DNA of 64,000 bases from Cryobacterium sp. GTDB taxonomy: Bacteria > Actinomycetota > Actinomycetes > Actinomycetales > Microbacteriaceae. Shown here piece after piece: positions 10,778-20,417 of this stretch (position 1 is the stretch's first letter; every line of letters begins with the position of its first letter). Position numbers and translations under genes: made by a program. The notes beneath the pieces are model-generated. The model was not told the DNA's origin. It saw only the letters and a program-made list of their open reading frames with translations, and searched no databases. The DNA is taken from NCBI GenBank assembly GCA_019638935.1, contig JAHBSW010000002.1, positions 37,968 to 101,967 of the forward strand, given 5' to 3'.

Positions 10778-12796
10778 GTGACCGAACCCATCGTTCGTTC
10801 CAGTACGCCCCCCACGGGCGCCGAACTCTCCACCATGCTGCTCGCTGAGCTGCACGAACTCGCGGCAGCGCGAGGGATCACCGGCGTCACCAAACTTCGC
10901 AAAGGAGAACTCATGGAGATCCTCAACGAGTCCAACGATGACGGCGCCAGCACCGACGCCACTGCAGCAGGCGCCCCTGCGACGGGCGCGCGCACGGATG
11001 CAGCAGCCGAGTCTGCAGCGACTGAGCCGGCAGCGGTCGAGTCCGCAGTGACGGAGTCCGCGCCCCGCAAGCGAGCGCCTCGTCGCGCCGTCGCCGAGGC
11101 CGGTGTCGTGACCACTATCGAGCCGGCAGCGCTGGCGGAGACGCCTGCTGCCGAAGCCGCCGCGGCCGAGTCCGCCAGAACGGCGGACACCCCCTCGATC
11201 GCCCCGGAGGCCCCGGCCGAGGTCGCGGCAGACTCTGCCCCCGCTGCCGCGCCCAAGCGCGGAGGGCGCGCGCCCAAGGCCGCCGCCGACCACGTCAACG
11301 GCGCCGAAGACAAGAGCGCTGCCGACGAGAGCACTGCGGACGAAAGCGCAGAGAAGCCCGCGGGCGGCAACGACGACGACAAGTCCGATTCGGCCGACGA
11401 CGAGGCCCCGCAATCGCGCTCGCGCAACCGCAACCGCAATCGCAACGGCAACGGCAACGCCGATCGCTCCGGTGCCGAGAAGCAGGGCAGTGAGAAGCAG
11501 AGCGCCGATCGCCAGGGTGCCGACAGGCAGGGCGATCGTCAGCAGAACCAGCACGAAGACTCCGAGCGCGGAGGCCGCGGTCGGTACCGTGACCGCAAGC
11601 GCCGGGGTGGTGCCAACGACGACCTCGAGCCCGAGCTCAGTGACGACGATGTGCTCATCCCCGTCGGCGGCATCCTCGACGTGCTCGACAACTACGCCTT
11701 CGTGCGCACGAGCGGCTACCTGCCCGGAGCCAACGACGTCTACGTCTCCCTCGGCCAGGTCAAGAAGTACAACCTGCGCAAGGGCGACGCCATCGTCGGC
11801 GCCATCCGTCAGCCCCGGGAGGGCGAGAGCCAGGGTCGCCAGAAGTACAACGCCATCGTCAAGATCGACTCGGTCAACGGGCTTCCTCTCGATGCGGCGG
11901 CAACGCGCGTCGAGTTCGGCAAGCTGACCCCGCTCTACCCGGCCGACCGCCTGCGCCTCGAGACCGAGCCGGGCAAGCTCACGACCCGCATCATCGACCT
12001 CGTGGCGCCCATCGGCAAGGGCCAGCGCGGCCTTATCGTGTCACCGCCGAAGGCGGGCAAGACTCTCGTGCTGCAGGCGATCGCGAACGCGATCTCGGCG
12101 AACAACCCCGAGGTGCACCTCATGGTCGTGCTCGTCGATGAGCGCCCCGAAGAGGTCACCGACATGCAGCGCACCGTCAAGGGCGAGGTCATCGCCTCGA
12201 CCTTCGACCGTCCCGCCGAAGACCACACGACCGTCGCCGAGCTCGCCATCGAGCGCGCCAAGCGTCTCGTCGAACTGGGTCACGACGTCGTCGTGCTGCT
12301 CGACTCGATCACCCGCCTGGGCCGCGCGTACAACCTCGCTGCACCGGCATCGGGTCGCATCCTCTCCGGCGGTGTCGACTCCTCGGCGCTCTACCCGCCG
12401 AAGCGCTTCTTCGGCGCTGCGCGCAACATCGAAGACGGCGGCTCGCTCACGATTCTGGCGACCGCCCTCGTCGAGACCGGCTCCAAGATGGACGAGGTCA
12501 TCTTCGAGGAGTTCAAGGGCACCGGCAACATGGAGCTGCGTCTCTCGCGCAACCTCGCCGACAAGCGCATCTTCCCCGCGGTCGATGTCAACGCATCCGG
12601 AACCCGTCGCGAAGAGATGCTCATGAGCGCCGACGAGACCACCGTCGTGTGGAAGCTGCGTCGCGCGCTCGCGAGCCTCGAGACGCAGGCCGCACTCGAA
12701 CTCGTGCTCGGTCGCCTCAAGGACACGTCGAGCAACGTCGAGCTGCTCATGCAGGTGCAGAAGTCGATGCCCGCGACCGGACCGAAGGACGACTAA
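10778..12796 (+). CDS. rho: transcription termination factor Rho with a long N-terminal low-complexity insertion
   Basis: Rho core: cold-shock-like RNA-binding region [17 protein letters not shown], Walker A PPKAGKT, Walker [10 protein letters not shown]. It is 672 aa versus about 419 aa for the E. coli enzyme (from memory). Confidence 0.93.
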   Translation: MTEPIVRSSTPPTGAELSTMLLAELHELAAARGITGVTKLRKGELMEILNESNDDGASTDATAAGAPATGARTDAAAESAATEPAAVESAVTESAPRKRAPRRAVAEAGVVTTIEPAALAETPAAEAAAAESARTADTPSIAPEAPAEVAADSAPAAAPKRGGRAPKAAADHVNGAEDKSAADESTADESAEKPAGGNDDDKSDSADDEAPQSRSRNRNRNRNGNGNADRSGAEKQGSEKQSADRQGADRQGDRQQNQHEDSERGGRGRYRDRKRRGGANDDLEPELSDDDVLIPVGGILDVLDNYAFVRTSGYLPGANDVYVSLGQVKKYNLRKGDAIVGAIRQPREGESQGRQKYNAIVKIDSVNGLPLDAAATRVEFGKLTPLYPADRLRLETEPGKLTTRIIDLVAPIGKGQRGLIVSPPKAGKTLVLQAIANAISANNPEVHLMVVLVDERPEEVTDMQRTVKGEVIASTFDRPAEDHTTVAELAIERAKRLVELGHDVVVLLDSITRLGRAYNLAAPASGRILSGGVDSSALYPPKRFFGAARNIEDGGSLTILATALVETGSKMDEVIFEEFKGTGNMELRLSRNLADKRIFPAVDVNASGTRREEMLMSADETTVVWKLRRALASLETQAALELVLGRLKDTSSNVELLMQVQKSMPATGPKDD

Positions 12797-12798
12797 CC

Positions 12799-13869
12799 GT
12801 GTTCGAGTCAGTGGCGCCGCTGCTGGCCGAGCACGAGGATCTGCAGGTGCAGCTCGCAGATCCCGCCGTTCACGCGGATGCGGCCAGGTCGAAGCGCATC
12901 AACCGCCGGTACGCCGAGCTCAGCCGCATCAGGGCGGCGTACGAGCAGTTGGCCAGCGCCACCGAGGACCTCGACGCCGCACGAGAGCTCGCGCGCGACG
13001 ATGAGGCCTTCGCCGAGGAGATCCCCGCGCTCGAGGAGGCCGCTGAGACGGCGACCGAGAAGCTGCGCCGCCTGCTCATCCCGCGCGATCCGGATGACGG
13101 TCGCGACGTCATCATGGAGATCAAGGGCGGTGAGGGTGGCGCCGAGAGCGCTCTGTTCGCGGCGGACCTGTTGCGCATGTACCTGCACTACGCGGACTCC
13201 AAGGGCTGGAAGACCGAGCTGCTCGACAGCGACGAGAGCGACCTCGGGGGTTACAAGAACGTGCAGCTCGCGGTGAAGTCGAACTCGACCGACCCGGCGC
13301 AGGGCGTCTGGGCCCACCTCAAATACGAGGGTGGTGTGCACCGTGTGCAGCGCGTTCCCGTGACCGAGTCGCAGGGCCGCATCCACACCTCCACGACGGG
13401 CGTGCTCGTGTTCCCCGAGGCCGACGAGCCGGAGGAGGTCGACATCAACCAGAACGACCTCAAGATCGACGTGTACCGGTCGAGCGGCCCCGGCGGTCAG
13501 TCGGTCAACACGACCGACTCGGCGGTGCGCATCACGCACATCCCCACGGGCATCGTCGTGTCGATGCAGAACGAGAAGAGCCAGCTGCAGAACCGCGAGG
13601 CGGGGATGCGCGTGCTGCGCGCCCGACTGCTCGCGCGCCAGCAGGAGGAAGCCGCCGCGGCGGCGTCGGATCAGCGTAAGACGCAGATCCGCACCATGGA
13701 CCGCTCCGAGCGCATCCGCACCTACAACTTCCCGGAGAACCGCATCGCCGACCACCGCACGGGCTTCAAGGCCTACAACCTCGATGCCGTCATGAACGGC
13801 TCGCTCGACGACGTCATCGCCTCCTGCATCGCCTTCGATGAGGAGGCGCGCCTGGCCGATCTCGGCTGA
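12799..13869 (+). CDS. prfA: peptide chain release factor 1
   Basis: GGQ motif [20 protein letters not shown] and PVT tripeptide region [10 protein letters not shown]. Start at in-frame GTG 12799, 2 nt after the rho stop; the track start 12649 lies inside rho. Confidence 0.9.
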   Translation: MFESVAPLLAEHEDLQVQLADPAVHADAARSKRINRRYAELSRIRAAYEQLASATEDLDAARELARDDEAFAEEIPALEEAAETATEKLRRLLIPRDPDDGRDVIMEIKGGEGGAESALFAADLLRMYLHYADSKGWKTELLDSDESDLGGYKNVQLAVKSNSTDPAQGVWAHLKYEGGVHRVQRVPVTESQGRIHTSTTGVLVFPEADEPEEVDINQNDLKIDVYRSSGPGGQSVNTTDSAVRITHIPTGIVVSMQNEKSQLQNREAGMRVLRARLLARQQEEAAAAASDQRKTQIRTMDRSERIRTYNFPENRIADHRTGFKAYNLDAVMNGSLDDVIASCIAFDEEARLADLG

Positions 13870-13888
13870 CGCCGCTTCGCGCGGCACG

Positions 13889-13985
13889 TTGATTTCGAGA
13901 CGATCGCTGCGTCCGGTCGCCGAACGCTCCTCAATCAACAAGGATCTTGCTGGTTGAGGAGGCCGAAGGCCGTCTCGAAACCACC
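13889..13985. repeat. REP-like palindromic intergenic element, copy A (between convergent prfA and the cupin gene)
   Basis: Left unit TTGATTTCGAGACG...TCCTCAATCAAC and right unit CTGGTTGAGGAGGCCGAAGGCCGTCTCGAAACC are inverted relative to each other. A 36-nt stretch (13948-13983) is identical to 30634-30669. Confidence 0.75.
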
Positions 13986-14012
13986 GGATATCCGCGCATC
14001 CGGCGGAATGCG

Positions 14013-14492
14013 TCAGTCCGCGTGCTTGTCGGGGGCGTCGCCGCCGGGCTGCACGGTCCACTCCGGTGGCTCGTCCTTGCCCGCATCCTCGTCCTCGTCA
14101 GCCTGCTCGGCCGTCGCCTGCACGATGCCCGCGGCGTGGTGCACGGGGGCGTAGATCGTGTAGAGCCGCAGCGGCTCGTCGCCGGTGTTGACGACGTCGT
14201 GCCACGACCCGGCCGGCACCTGGATCGACCAGCCGTCTGAGACATCCTTCTGGTAGTCGAGTTCATCCTCAGCCGGTCCCATCATCACCCGGCCCCGTCC
14301 GGCATCGATGCGCAGGAACTGGTCGGTCTCGGGGTGAGCTTCGAGCCCGATCGACTCGCCGACCGGAATCGACATGAGCGTCACCTGCAGGTACTTGCCC
14401 GTCCATGCGACGGTGCGGTAGTTGTCGTTCGCGCGTGTCTCGGTCTCGATGTCGAAAGCGTTCGGCTTCGGCCCGTTGTCGTTGATCGTCAT
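14013..14492 (-). CDS. cupin domain-containing protein
   Basis: 159 aa. The central stretch GLEAHPETDQFLRIDAGRGRV...VPAGSWHDVVNTG is consistent with a cupin beta-barrel. Acidic C-terminal tail. Confidence 0.7.
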   Translation of the reverse strand: MTINDNGPKPNAFDIETETRANDNYRTVAWTGKYLQVTLMSIPVGESIGLEAHPETDQFLRIDAGRGRVMMGPAEDELDYQKDVSDGWSIQVPAGSWHDVVNTGDEPLRLYTIYAPVHHAAGIVQATAEQADEDEDAGKDEPPEWTVQPGGDAPDKHAD

Positions 14493-14567
14493 GAGTGGGT
14501 GTCCCTTCCGCTAGCGATGCTTGCACACGCATCTGAGCGTGACCAGAGCCGGCACTGCCAGCGACGG

Positions 14568-15095
14568 TCAGGGATGAGCGTCGCCACGAGGCGAGGTGCG
14601 CGCAGGCACCCCCACCGCGATCGAGTCGGGCGGAACGTCGTGCACGACGACGGCGTTGGCGCCGATCGTGCTCCGCGCGCCGACCGTGATCGCGCCGAGC
14701 ACCTGCGCACCCGCACCGATGACGACACCGCTCTCGATCGTCGGATGGCGCTTCACCTGCTCGAGACTCTTTCCGCCGAGCGTGACCCCGTGGTACATGG
14801 TCACGTCGTCGCCGACGACCGCGGTCTCACCGATGACGACCCCCATGGCGTGGTCGATGAAGACGCGCCGTCCGATGACGGCGGCGGGGTGGATCTCGAC
14901 TCCGGTGAGGCGCCTCGTCTGCTGGGAGTACATGCGCGCGAGCAGGCGCATCCGGTGCCGCCACAACCAGTGCGCGAAGCGGTGCGCCCACAGCGCGTGC
15001 AGTCCGGCGTAGTTCAGGAGCACGTTGAGTCGCGTGCGCGCGGCAGGATCCCGCTCGAGTGCCGCCGCAATGTCCTCACGGATGCGAGTGAGCAA
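14568..15095 (-). CDS. cysE: serine O-acetyltransferase
   Basis: Hexapeptide-repeat region [40 protein letters not shown]. The N-terminus [19 protein letters not shown] aligns, from memory, with the start of mycobacterial CysE. Start taken at TTG 15095, 1 nt after the cysK stop. The track start 15305 would overlap cysK by about 200 nt. Confidence 0.85.
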   Translation of the reverse strand: MLTRIREDIAAALERDPAARTRLNVLLNYAGLHALWAHRFAHWLWRHRMRLLARMYSQQTRRLTGVEIHPAAVIGRRVFIDHAMGVVIGETAVVGDDVTMYHGVTLGGKSLEQVKRHPTIESGVVIGAGAQVLGAITVGARSTIGANAVVVHDVPPDSIAVGVPARTSPRGDAHP

Positions 15096-15096
15096 G

Positions 15097-16029
15097 TTAA
15101 TCGCGCAGGTCGTCGAACAACAGGGTCGAGAGGTAGCGCTCGCCCGTGTCGGGAACGATGACGACGATCGTCTTGCCCGCGTTCTCGGGCTTCGCCGCCT
15201 GCTGCAGCGCGGCCCACACGGCGGCACCGCTGGAGATGCCGGCGAGGATTCCTTCCTCGGCGGCGAGGCGGCGTGCGGTCGCGAGGGCGTCGTCGAGCGC
15301 GACATCCGTCACCTCGTCGTAGACCTCGCGGTCGAGCACGTCGGGCACGAAGTTCGCGCCAAGCCCCTGGATCTTGTGAGGACCGGGTGCGCCGCCGCTG
15401 AGGATGGGGGAGTCGATCGGCTCCACCGCGACGATGTGGATGTCGCTCTTGCGCTCTCGGAGCAGGCCGCCGGCGCCGGTTATCGTTCCGCCCGTGCCGA
15501 TGCCGGAGACGAAGATATCGACGTCGCCGTTCGTATCGGCCCAGATCTCTTCACCCGTCGTGGCGCGGTGGATGCGGGGGTTCGCGTCATTGGCGAACTG
15601 CTTGGCGAGCACGGCACCCGTGGTCTCGGCGGCGAGCTGCTCGGCTCGCTCGACGGCGCCGCGCATGCCGTCGCTGCCCGGTGTGAGCACGATCTCGGCA
15701 CCGAAGGCGCGCAGGATGACGCGACGCTCCACGCTCATGGTCTCCGGCATGGTGAGCACGACCCGGTAGCCGCGAGCGGCGCCGACCATGGCGAGGGCGA
15801 TGCCGGTGTTGCCGCTGGTCGCCTCGATGATCGTGCCGCCCGCGGCAAGCTCGCCCGAGGCCTCCGCGGCGTCGATGATCGCGACTCCGATGCGGTCCTT
15901 GACACTCGAGGCGGGGTTGAACGACTCGAGCTTCGCGTAGACGGTCGCCTTCGCTCCGTCGGTGATTCGGTTGAGACGCACGAGCGGGGTGCGCCCGACG
16001 GCCTGGGTGATGTTGTCGAAAGCGGTCAT
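15097..16029 (-). CDS. cysK: cysteine synthase A (O-acetylserine sulfhydrylase)
   Basis: PLP-lysine motif [11 protein letters not shown], plus [10 protein letters not shown] and [10 protein letters not shown]. Confidence 0.93.
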   Translation of the reverse strand: MTAFDNITQAVGRTPLVRLNRITDGAKATVYAKLESFNPASSVKDRIGVAIIDAAEASGELAAGGTIIEATSGNTGIALAMVGAARGYRVVLTMPETMSVERRVILRAFGAEIVLTPGSDGMRGAVERAEQLAAETTGAVLAKQFANDANPRIHRATTGEEIWADTNGDVDIFVSGIGTGGTITGAGGLLRERKSDIHIVAVEPIDSPILSGGAPGPHKIQGLGANFVPDVLDREVYDEVTDVALDDALATARRLAAEEGILAGISSGAAVWAALQQAAKPENAGKTIVVIVPDTGERYLSTLLFDDLRD

Positions 16030-16214
16030 GGGGTTCTCTCTTGGGTCGGTGGCGCGCGAAGCGCCAAGCGATCACAGCCTAGGGTTCGAACCTGTCGATC
16101 GGCTCTCGCGTTACGACGGTTCTCGCGTTCGCAGACCCCAACGCCTCGCGGCCCCGGGGCATTCCGTGTCATGGAGCGCTGCACGCGCGAGCACGGCGCG
16201 AGGAACACGAGACA

Positions 16215-17081
16215 ATGGATGCCGTGACCGATTCTCTGCGCTCCCTCCTCCACGACGCGGTCGCGGTGCTCGCGGAAGCCGGCGTTCCCGACCCCCGCGT
16301 CGACGCCGAGCTGCTGCTCGGTCATGTGCTCGGCCTTCGCCGTGGGGGAGTGCAGGCCGCCCTCGTGACGGAGCGAGCGGTCACCGACGCCGAACGTGCG
16401 GAGCTCGATCGCATCGTTGCGCGTCGAGCGAACCGTGAGCCGCTGCAGCACATCACGGGTCGTGCACCGTTCCGGTCGCTCGACCTCGCGGTCGGATCGG
16501 GTGTCTTCGTTCCCCGCCCCGAGACCGAGCTGCTCGCGGGAATCGCCATCGACGCCCTGCGCGCGGTCGCGGGTGAAGCACCCATCGCCATCGACCTCGG
16601 CACGGGCAGCGGGGCGATCGCGCTTGCGCTCGCCACCGAGGTGCCGCACGCGCGGGTCTTCGCGGTCGAGGTGTCGCCCGAGGCGCACGCGTGGGCGAGC
16701 CGCAACATCGCGGAGTCGGGAGGATCCGTCGATCTCGTGCTCGGCGATCTCGCCACCGCGTTCACCGAGCTCGACGGCACGGTTTCGGTGGTCGCGTCGA
16801 ACCCGCCCTACGTGCCGACGGGCGCCGTGCCGCGCGACCCCGAGGTGAGAGACTTCGACCCGCCTCTCGCTCTCTACGGCGGCGATGACGGCCTTGACGT
16901 GATTCGCGCACTGTCGCAGCGCGCGCTGCACCTGCTCCACGGCGGCGGACTGCTCGCCATCGAGCACGGCGAGTTGCAGGGTGCCGCGATCCGGGAGCTC
17001 CTCGTCGCCGATGGCTGGCGTCGGCCCGAAACCCACCCCGACCTGCTCGGGCGCGACCGAATCACGACCGCGGTTCGCTGA
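16215..17081 (+). CDS. prmC: release-factor glutamine N5-methyltransferase
   Basis: SAM motif IDLGTGSGAIALA and catalytic NPPY (VVASNPPYVP). Confidence 0.9.
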   Translation: MDAVTDSLRSLLHDAVAVLAEAGVPDPRVDAELLLGHVLGLRRGGVQAALVTERAVTDAERAELDRIVARRANREPLQHITGRAPFRSLDLAVGSGVFVPRPETELLAGIAIDALRAVAGEAPIAIDLGTGSGAIALALATEVPHARVFAVEVSPEAHAWASRNIAESGGSVDLVLGDLATAFTELDGTVSVVASNPPYVPTGAVPRDPEVRDFDPPLALYGGDDGLDVIRALSQRALHLLHGGGLLAIEHGELQGAAIRELLVADGWRRPETHPDLLGRDRITTAVR

Positions 17082-17106
17082 ACCTTGAGGCTCGTGCGGT
17101 TAGCCT

Positions 17107-18159
17107 GTGACGGTGACAGTGCACAAAACGTCAGGCAGTGCCGGCCACCCGAGGGCTGCGCCGACACGGTCTGCGGCTCCGAGGGGCATGGGAGTCATCG
17201 TCGGCCTGCTGCTGCTCGCGACCCTGGTCACGGTTCGCGTCACCACCGCCGAACTGCCCACGGAGGCTCTCTCCGACGCCGCCAAGGACTTCTTCACCCT
17301 CTCGATCAGCGTCTTCATCGAGTCGCTTCCCTTCGTGTTCCTCGGCGTCGTGCTCTCGGTGCTCGTGCAGGTGTGGGTGCCCGCGAGCGTGTTCGATCGC
17401 CTGCTGCCGCGCACCCCTGTGCTGCGTCGCGTCGCGATGAGCCTGCTCGGGGTGTTCCTGCCCGTGTGCGAGTGCGGCAACGTCCCCCTGGCTCGGGGGC
17501 TCATCGTGCGCGGACTCACGGTGTCGGAGTCGCTCACGTTCCTCATGGCGGCGCCCATACTCAACCCCGTGACCATCATCACCACCTACCAGGCCTTCGG
17601 CTGGGATCACGGCATCCTGGCCGGTCGCATCGTCGGCGGGTTCGTCGTGGCCAACCTCATCGGGTGGATGTTCAGTCGGCACCCGAGGCAGCACGAGCTG
17701 CTCACACCCAAGTTCGAGGCCAGCTGCCAGGTGGCCCACACCGAGCACACGACCAGGTCGCGGGTGCGGCGCAGCGTGCTCGCCTTCGCCGAGGAGACGA
17801 GCACGATGCTTCCTGCCCTCGTCGTCGGCTGCGCGATCGCCGGCGCGATCCAGGTGGGTGTGTCACGCGACATCATGCTCGCCCTCGGCTCAGACCCGGT
17901 CTGGTCGGTGCTCGCACTCATGGCGCTCGCCTTCGTCGTCTCGATCTGCTCCAACGTCGACGCGTTCTTCGTGCTCGCCTTCGGTGCGCTGTTCATGCCG
18001 GGTGCCATCGTGGCGTTCCTCGTGTTCGGGGCGATGATCGACATCAAGATGCTCGCCCTGCTGCGCACGACCTTCACCACGGGCACGCTCGTTCGACTCA
18101 CCGCGATCGTCGCGCTCTGCAGTCTCGTGCTGGGCTTGGGGGTGAACCTCATTGCGTGA
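17107..18159 (+). CDS. permease of the COG0701/DUF318 (ArsP-like) family
   Basis: 350 aa, polytopic, with a CECGNVPL motif in a TM segment. Paired with the following TIGR03943-type gene; the two ORFs overlap by 8 nt. Confidence 0.75.
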   Translation: MTVTVHKTSGSAGHPRAAPTRSAAPRGMGVIVGLLLLATLVTVRVTTAELPTEALSDAAKDFFTLSISVFIESLPFVFLGVVLSVLVQVWVPASVFDRLLPRTPVLRRVAMSLLGVFLPVCECGNVPLARGLIVRGLTVSESLTFLMAAPILNPVTIITTYQAFGWDHGILAGRIVGGFVVANLIGWMFSRHPRQHELLTPKFEASCQVAHTEHTTRSRVRRSVLAFAEETSTMLPALVVGCAIAGAIQVGVSRDIMLALGSDPVWSVLALMALAFVVSICSNVDAFFVLAFGALFMPGAIVAFLVFGAMIDIKMLALLRTTFTTGTLVRLTAIVALCSLVLGLGVNLIA

Positions 18160-18934
18160 CCGCTTTCTCACACACTGGCGCGGCATCGCCCTGAGCGTGG
18201 TGGGCATCGTCGCCACTCTCTGGCTTGCCGTCACCGGGCAGCTGGGTCTCTACATCCATCCGCGCTACTTCGCGTTCACGACGATCATGGCGGGCATCGC
18301 GGTCGTGTTCGTCGTGCTCGCCTTCCTGCTCGTGCCGGTCGGGGGTGAGGACGCCGAGCACGATGCCCACGATCACGGTCACGATCATGGCGCCGACCGG
18401 GGTCCGGTCGCGCGGGCGTGGTGGTTCGGGCTGAGCGTAGTGCTGGTCGCGGCCACCGCCGGGGCATTGCTCGTGCTGCCGCCGGCGACGCTCACCACGG
18501 CGACCGTCGACCAGCGCGTCATCAACAGCTCGGTTGCCGGGCAGTCCCTCGACGACACGATCGAGCTCGCCGGGGGAGACGAGGCGAGCTTCACCGTCAA
18601 GGACTGGGCAGGACTGCTGCGCCAGGGAGCCGACGAGCGCACGCTCACGGGCAAGAGCCCCACGCTCGTCGGCTTCGTCACCCCCGACACCGACGACCCC
18701 GAGAACGTCTTCTACGTCGCGCGGTTCGTCGTGACCTGTTGCGCGGTCGATGCCCAGCCCGTGGGCGTTCCCGTCTACCTGCCGGGCTGGCGGGATCGCT
18801 TCGCCGTCGACGAGTGGGTGAGCGTGACCGGCACGTTCAGCTCGAATCCGAGCATCGCGAGCATGCAGGCAACCGTGCTCACTCCGCGCGAGATCACCTC
18901 GACCGAACAGCCCGCCGACCCCTATGTCTACTGA
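18152..18934 (+). CDS. TIGR03943/COG3689-type membrane protein, partner of the COG0701 permease
   Basis: Two N-terminal TM helices, His/Asp-rich loop GEDAEHDAHDHGHDHG and a C-terminal domain with FVVTCCAVDAQPVG. Confidence 0.7.
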   Translation: MRDRFLTHWRGIALSVVGIVATLWLAVTGQLGLYIHPRYFAFTTIMAGIAVVFVVLAFLLVPVGGEDAEHDAHDHGHDHGADRGPVARAWWFGLSVVLVAATAGALLVLPPATLTTATVDQRVINSSVAGQSLDDTIELAGGDEASFTVKDWAGLLRQGADERTLTGKSPTLVGFVTPDTDDPENVFYVARFVVTCCAVDAQPVGVPVYLPGWRDRFAVDEWVSVTGTFSSNPSIASMQATVLTPREITSTEQPADPYVY

Positions 18935-20369
18935 GTCCGCGCGCGGTTCGAGGGCCGAGTCCGCGCGGGCCGAGTCGCCGCGATCCGAGCAGCGGCAGCG
19001 TGCCCGTTTTCAGCGACTCACCATCGCGGTCGTCGCGGTGCTCGTCGTCACGGCGGGCGCGCTCAGCCTCGCCAATGCCCTCCAGGGTCCGCGCCTGAGC
19101 TCGGTCGAGGTCAACCCCAACACCGCGATTCAGCGACCGGGTCAGCGCCTCATACTGCGCACGAATCAGCCCGTTCGCGAGGTCACCTCGGCGCAGTGGT
19201 CGATCACGCCGGCGACGGATGCCGAGCTCACCGTGGCGGGCAACGAGTTGACCCTGCGCTTCGCCGAGTCGCTCGACTACGCCACCGAGTACACGATCAC
19301 CGTCGAGGTCGCTGGCGTCGCGACGGGCGCGACGGGAACGCTCGAGTACACCTTCCGAACACCGGACCCTCAGCTCTTCACGCTGCTGCGCACCGAGGGG
19401 GTCGACCGCATCCTTCGCCACTCGTTCTCGGGCGCGGTCACCGACGAGGTCGTGTTCGAAGCGGAGCGCATCCAGGAGTACGCCCTGCTCGGCGACTATC
19501 TCGCCGTCGTGACCTTCGATGAGCGGGGAACTCCCGTGCTCGGCCTCGAGCCCCTCGCCGACAGGCCCGCGGTAACCGTGCCGACACCGCCGGCGCTGGC
19601 CATCCGGGTGGTAAGGGCTTCGACCCAGTCGAACCTGCTCGGTTACATCGTCGAGCACGAGCGGTCAGGCGGTGGCGGCGGTGAGAGCACGGTCGCGAGC
19701 ACGCTCTTCGTCTACGATCTCTCCGACGCTTCCGGTGTGCCCATCGAGGTCACGGGGATCGGCGGCATGCCCCTCATCGTCGTCGACTGGACCTTCGTTC
19801 CCGGCACGGGGTCTCTCGTAGCGCAGGGACCCGATCAGCAGCTCTACCTCATCGATCCGCTCGGATCGACCGAACCGGTGCCGCTCGGCCAGCACATCGA
19901 GCTGCGCGGCTTCATCCCCGGCACGGCGAGACTCGTCGTCGCCGACTTCCTGGGCGGGTCGGTGCTGGATCTCGTCGCCGGCAGCAACGAACCGATCACC
20001 CTTCGGGAGCCCGAGCTCGATCCCATGCTCGCTCCGGGCAAGCAGGTCTTCCTCGACGACGAGAGCTTCTTCCACCTGCGACACCGGATCGACTACGAGA
20101 CCTCGAGCGTCTCGTCGGCGCTCTACTTCACCGACGCGAGGGGAACCGTCGAGGTGTTTCGGCCGCCGTCCGAGTCGAGTCGTGTTCTGGACTACTGCCT
20201 GTCGCCCAACGCGCAACACCTCGCCATCGAAGTGGTATCGCCGGAGGGCGTGCCCGACCACTACCCGGTCGAGCCTGGTTTCACCGCCACGATGGTGTAT
20301 CTCATCAACGTCGAGGATGGCACGTCCGAACGGCGCCTCAACGGATTCGCCCCCGATTGGTGCCGTTAG
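18924..20369 (+). CDS. hypothetical membrane-anchored protein (Ig-like domain plus probable beta-propeller)
   Basis: Arg-rich N-terminus, one TM helix (LTIAVVAVLVVTAGALSLA), an Ig-like stretch (ELTVAGNELTLRFAESLDYATEYTITV), then repeated beta-strand-rich segments. Codon usage matches the neighbours. Confidence 0.6.
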   Translation: MSTESARGSRAESARAESPRSEQRQRARFQRLTIAVVAVLVVTAGALSLANALQGPRLSSVEVNPNTAIQRPGQRLILRTNQPVREVTSAQWSITPATDAELTVAGNELTLRFAESLDYATEYTITVEVAGVATGATGTLEYTFRTPDPQLFTLLRTEGVDRILRHSFSGAVTDEVVFEAERIQEYALLGDYLAVVTFDERGTPVLGLEPLADRPAVTVPTPPALAIRVVRASTQSNLLGYIVEHERSGGGGGESTVASTLFVYDLSDASGVPIEVTGIGGMPLIVVDWTFVPGTGSLVAQGPDQQLYLIDPLGSTEPVPLGQHIELRGFIPGTARLVVADFLGGSVLDLVAGSNEPITLREPELDPMLAPGKQVFLDDESFFHLRHRIDYETSSVSSALYFTDARGTVEVFRPPSESSRVLDYCLSPNAQHLAIEVVSPEGVPDHYPVEPGFTATMVYLINVEDGTSERRLNGFAPDWCR

Positions 20370-20417
20370 TCAGCACGCGTTTCGCTCCGACCGCCTGCAC
20401 TCGACTCGCTCAGTAGG

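Noticed and set aside
13870-14012. Missing rpmE hidden in the prfA-downstream spacer
   Set aside because: The spacer is only 143 nt and is almost entirely occupied by the palindromic repeat, so it is too short for L31.
13947-14240. Small ORFs sharing the peptide LVEEAEGRLET (13947..14240 and 30549..30890) or the variant VEERARARLET (37773..38168)
   Set aside because: The shared peptide is simply the translation of the conserved intergenic repeat (GGTTGAGGAGGCCGAAGGCCGTCTCGAAACC and its copy-C variant). The ORFs then run antisense into neighbouring genes. This is repeat DNA, not a gene family.
16030-16214. SAM-type or other riboswitch in the cysK leader
   Set aside because: I read the reverse complement and found only short GC hairpins and the GGTTCGAACC palindrome. 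Nothing matches the riboswitch consensus sequences I can recall. A covariance-model scan would be needed to exclude it.
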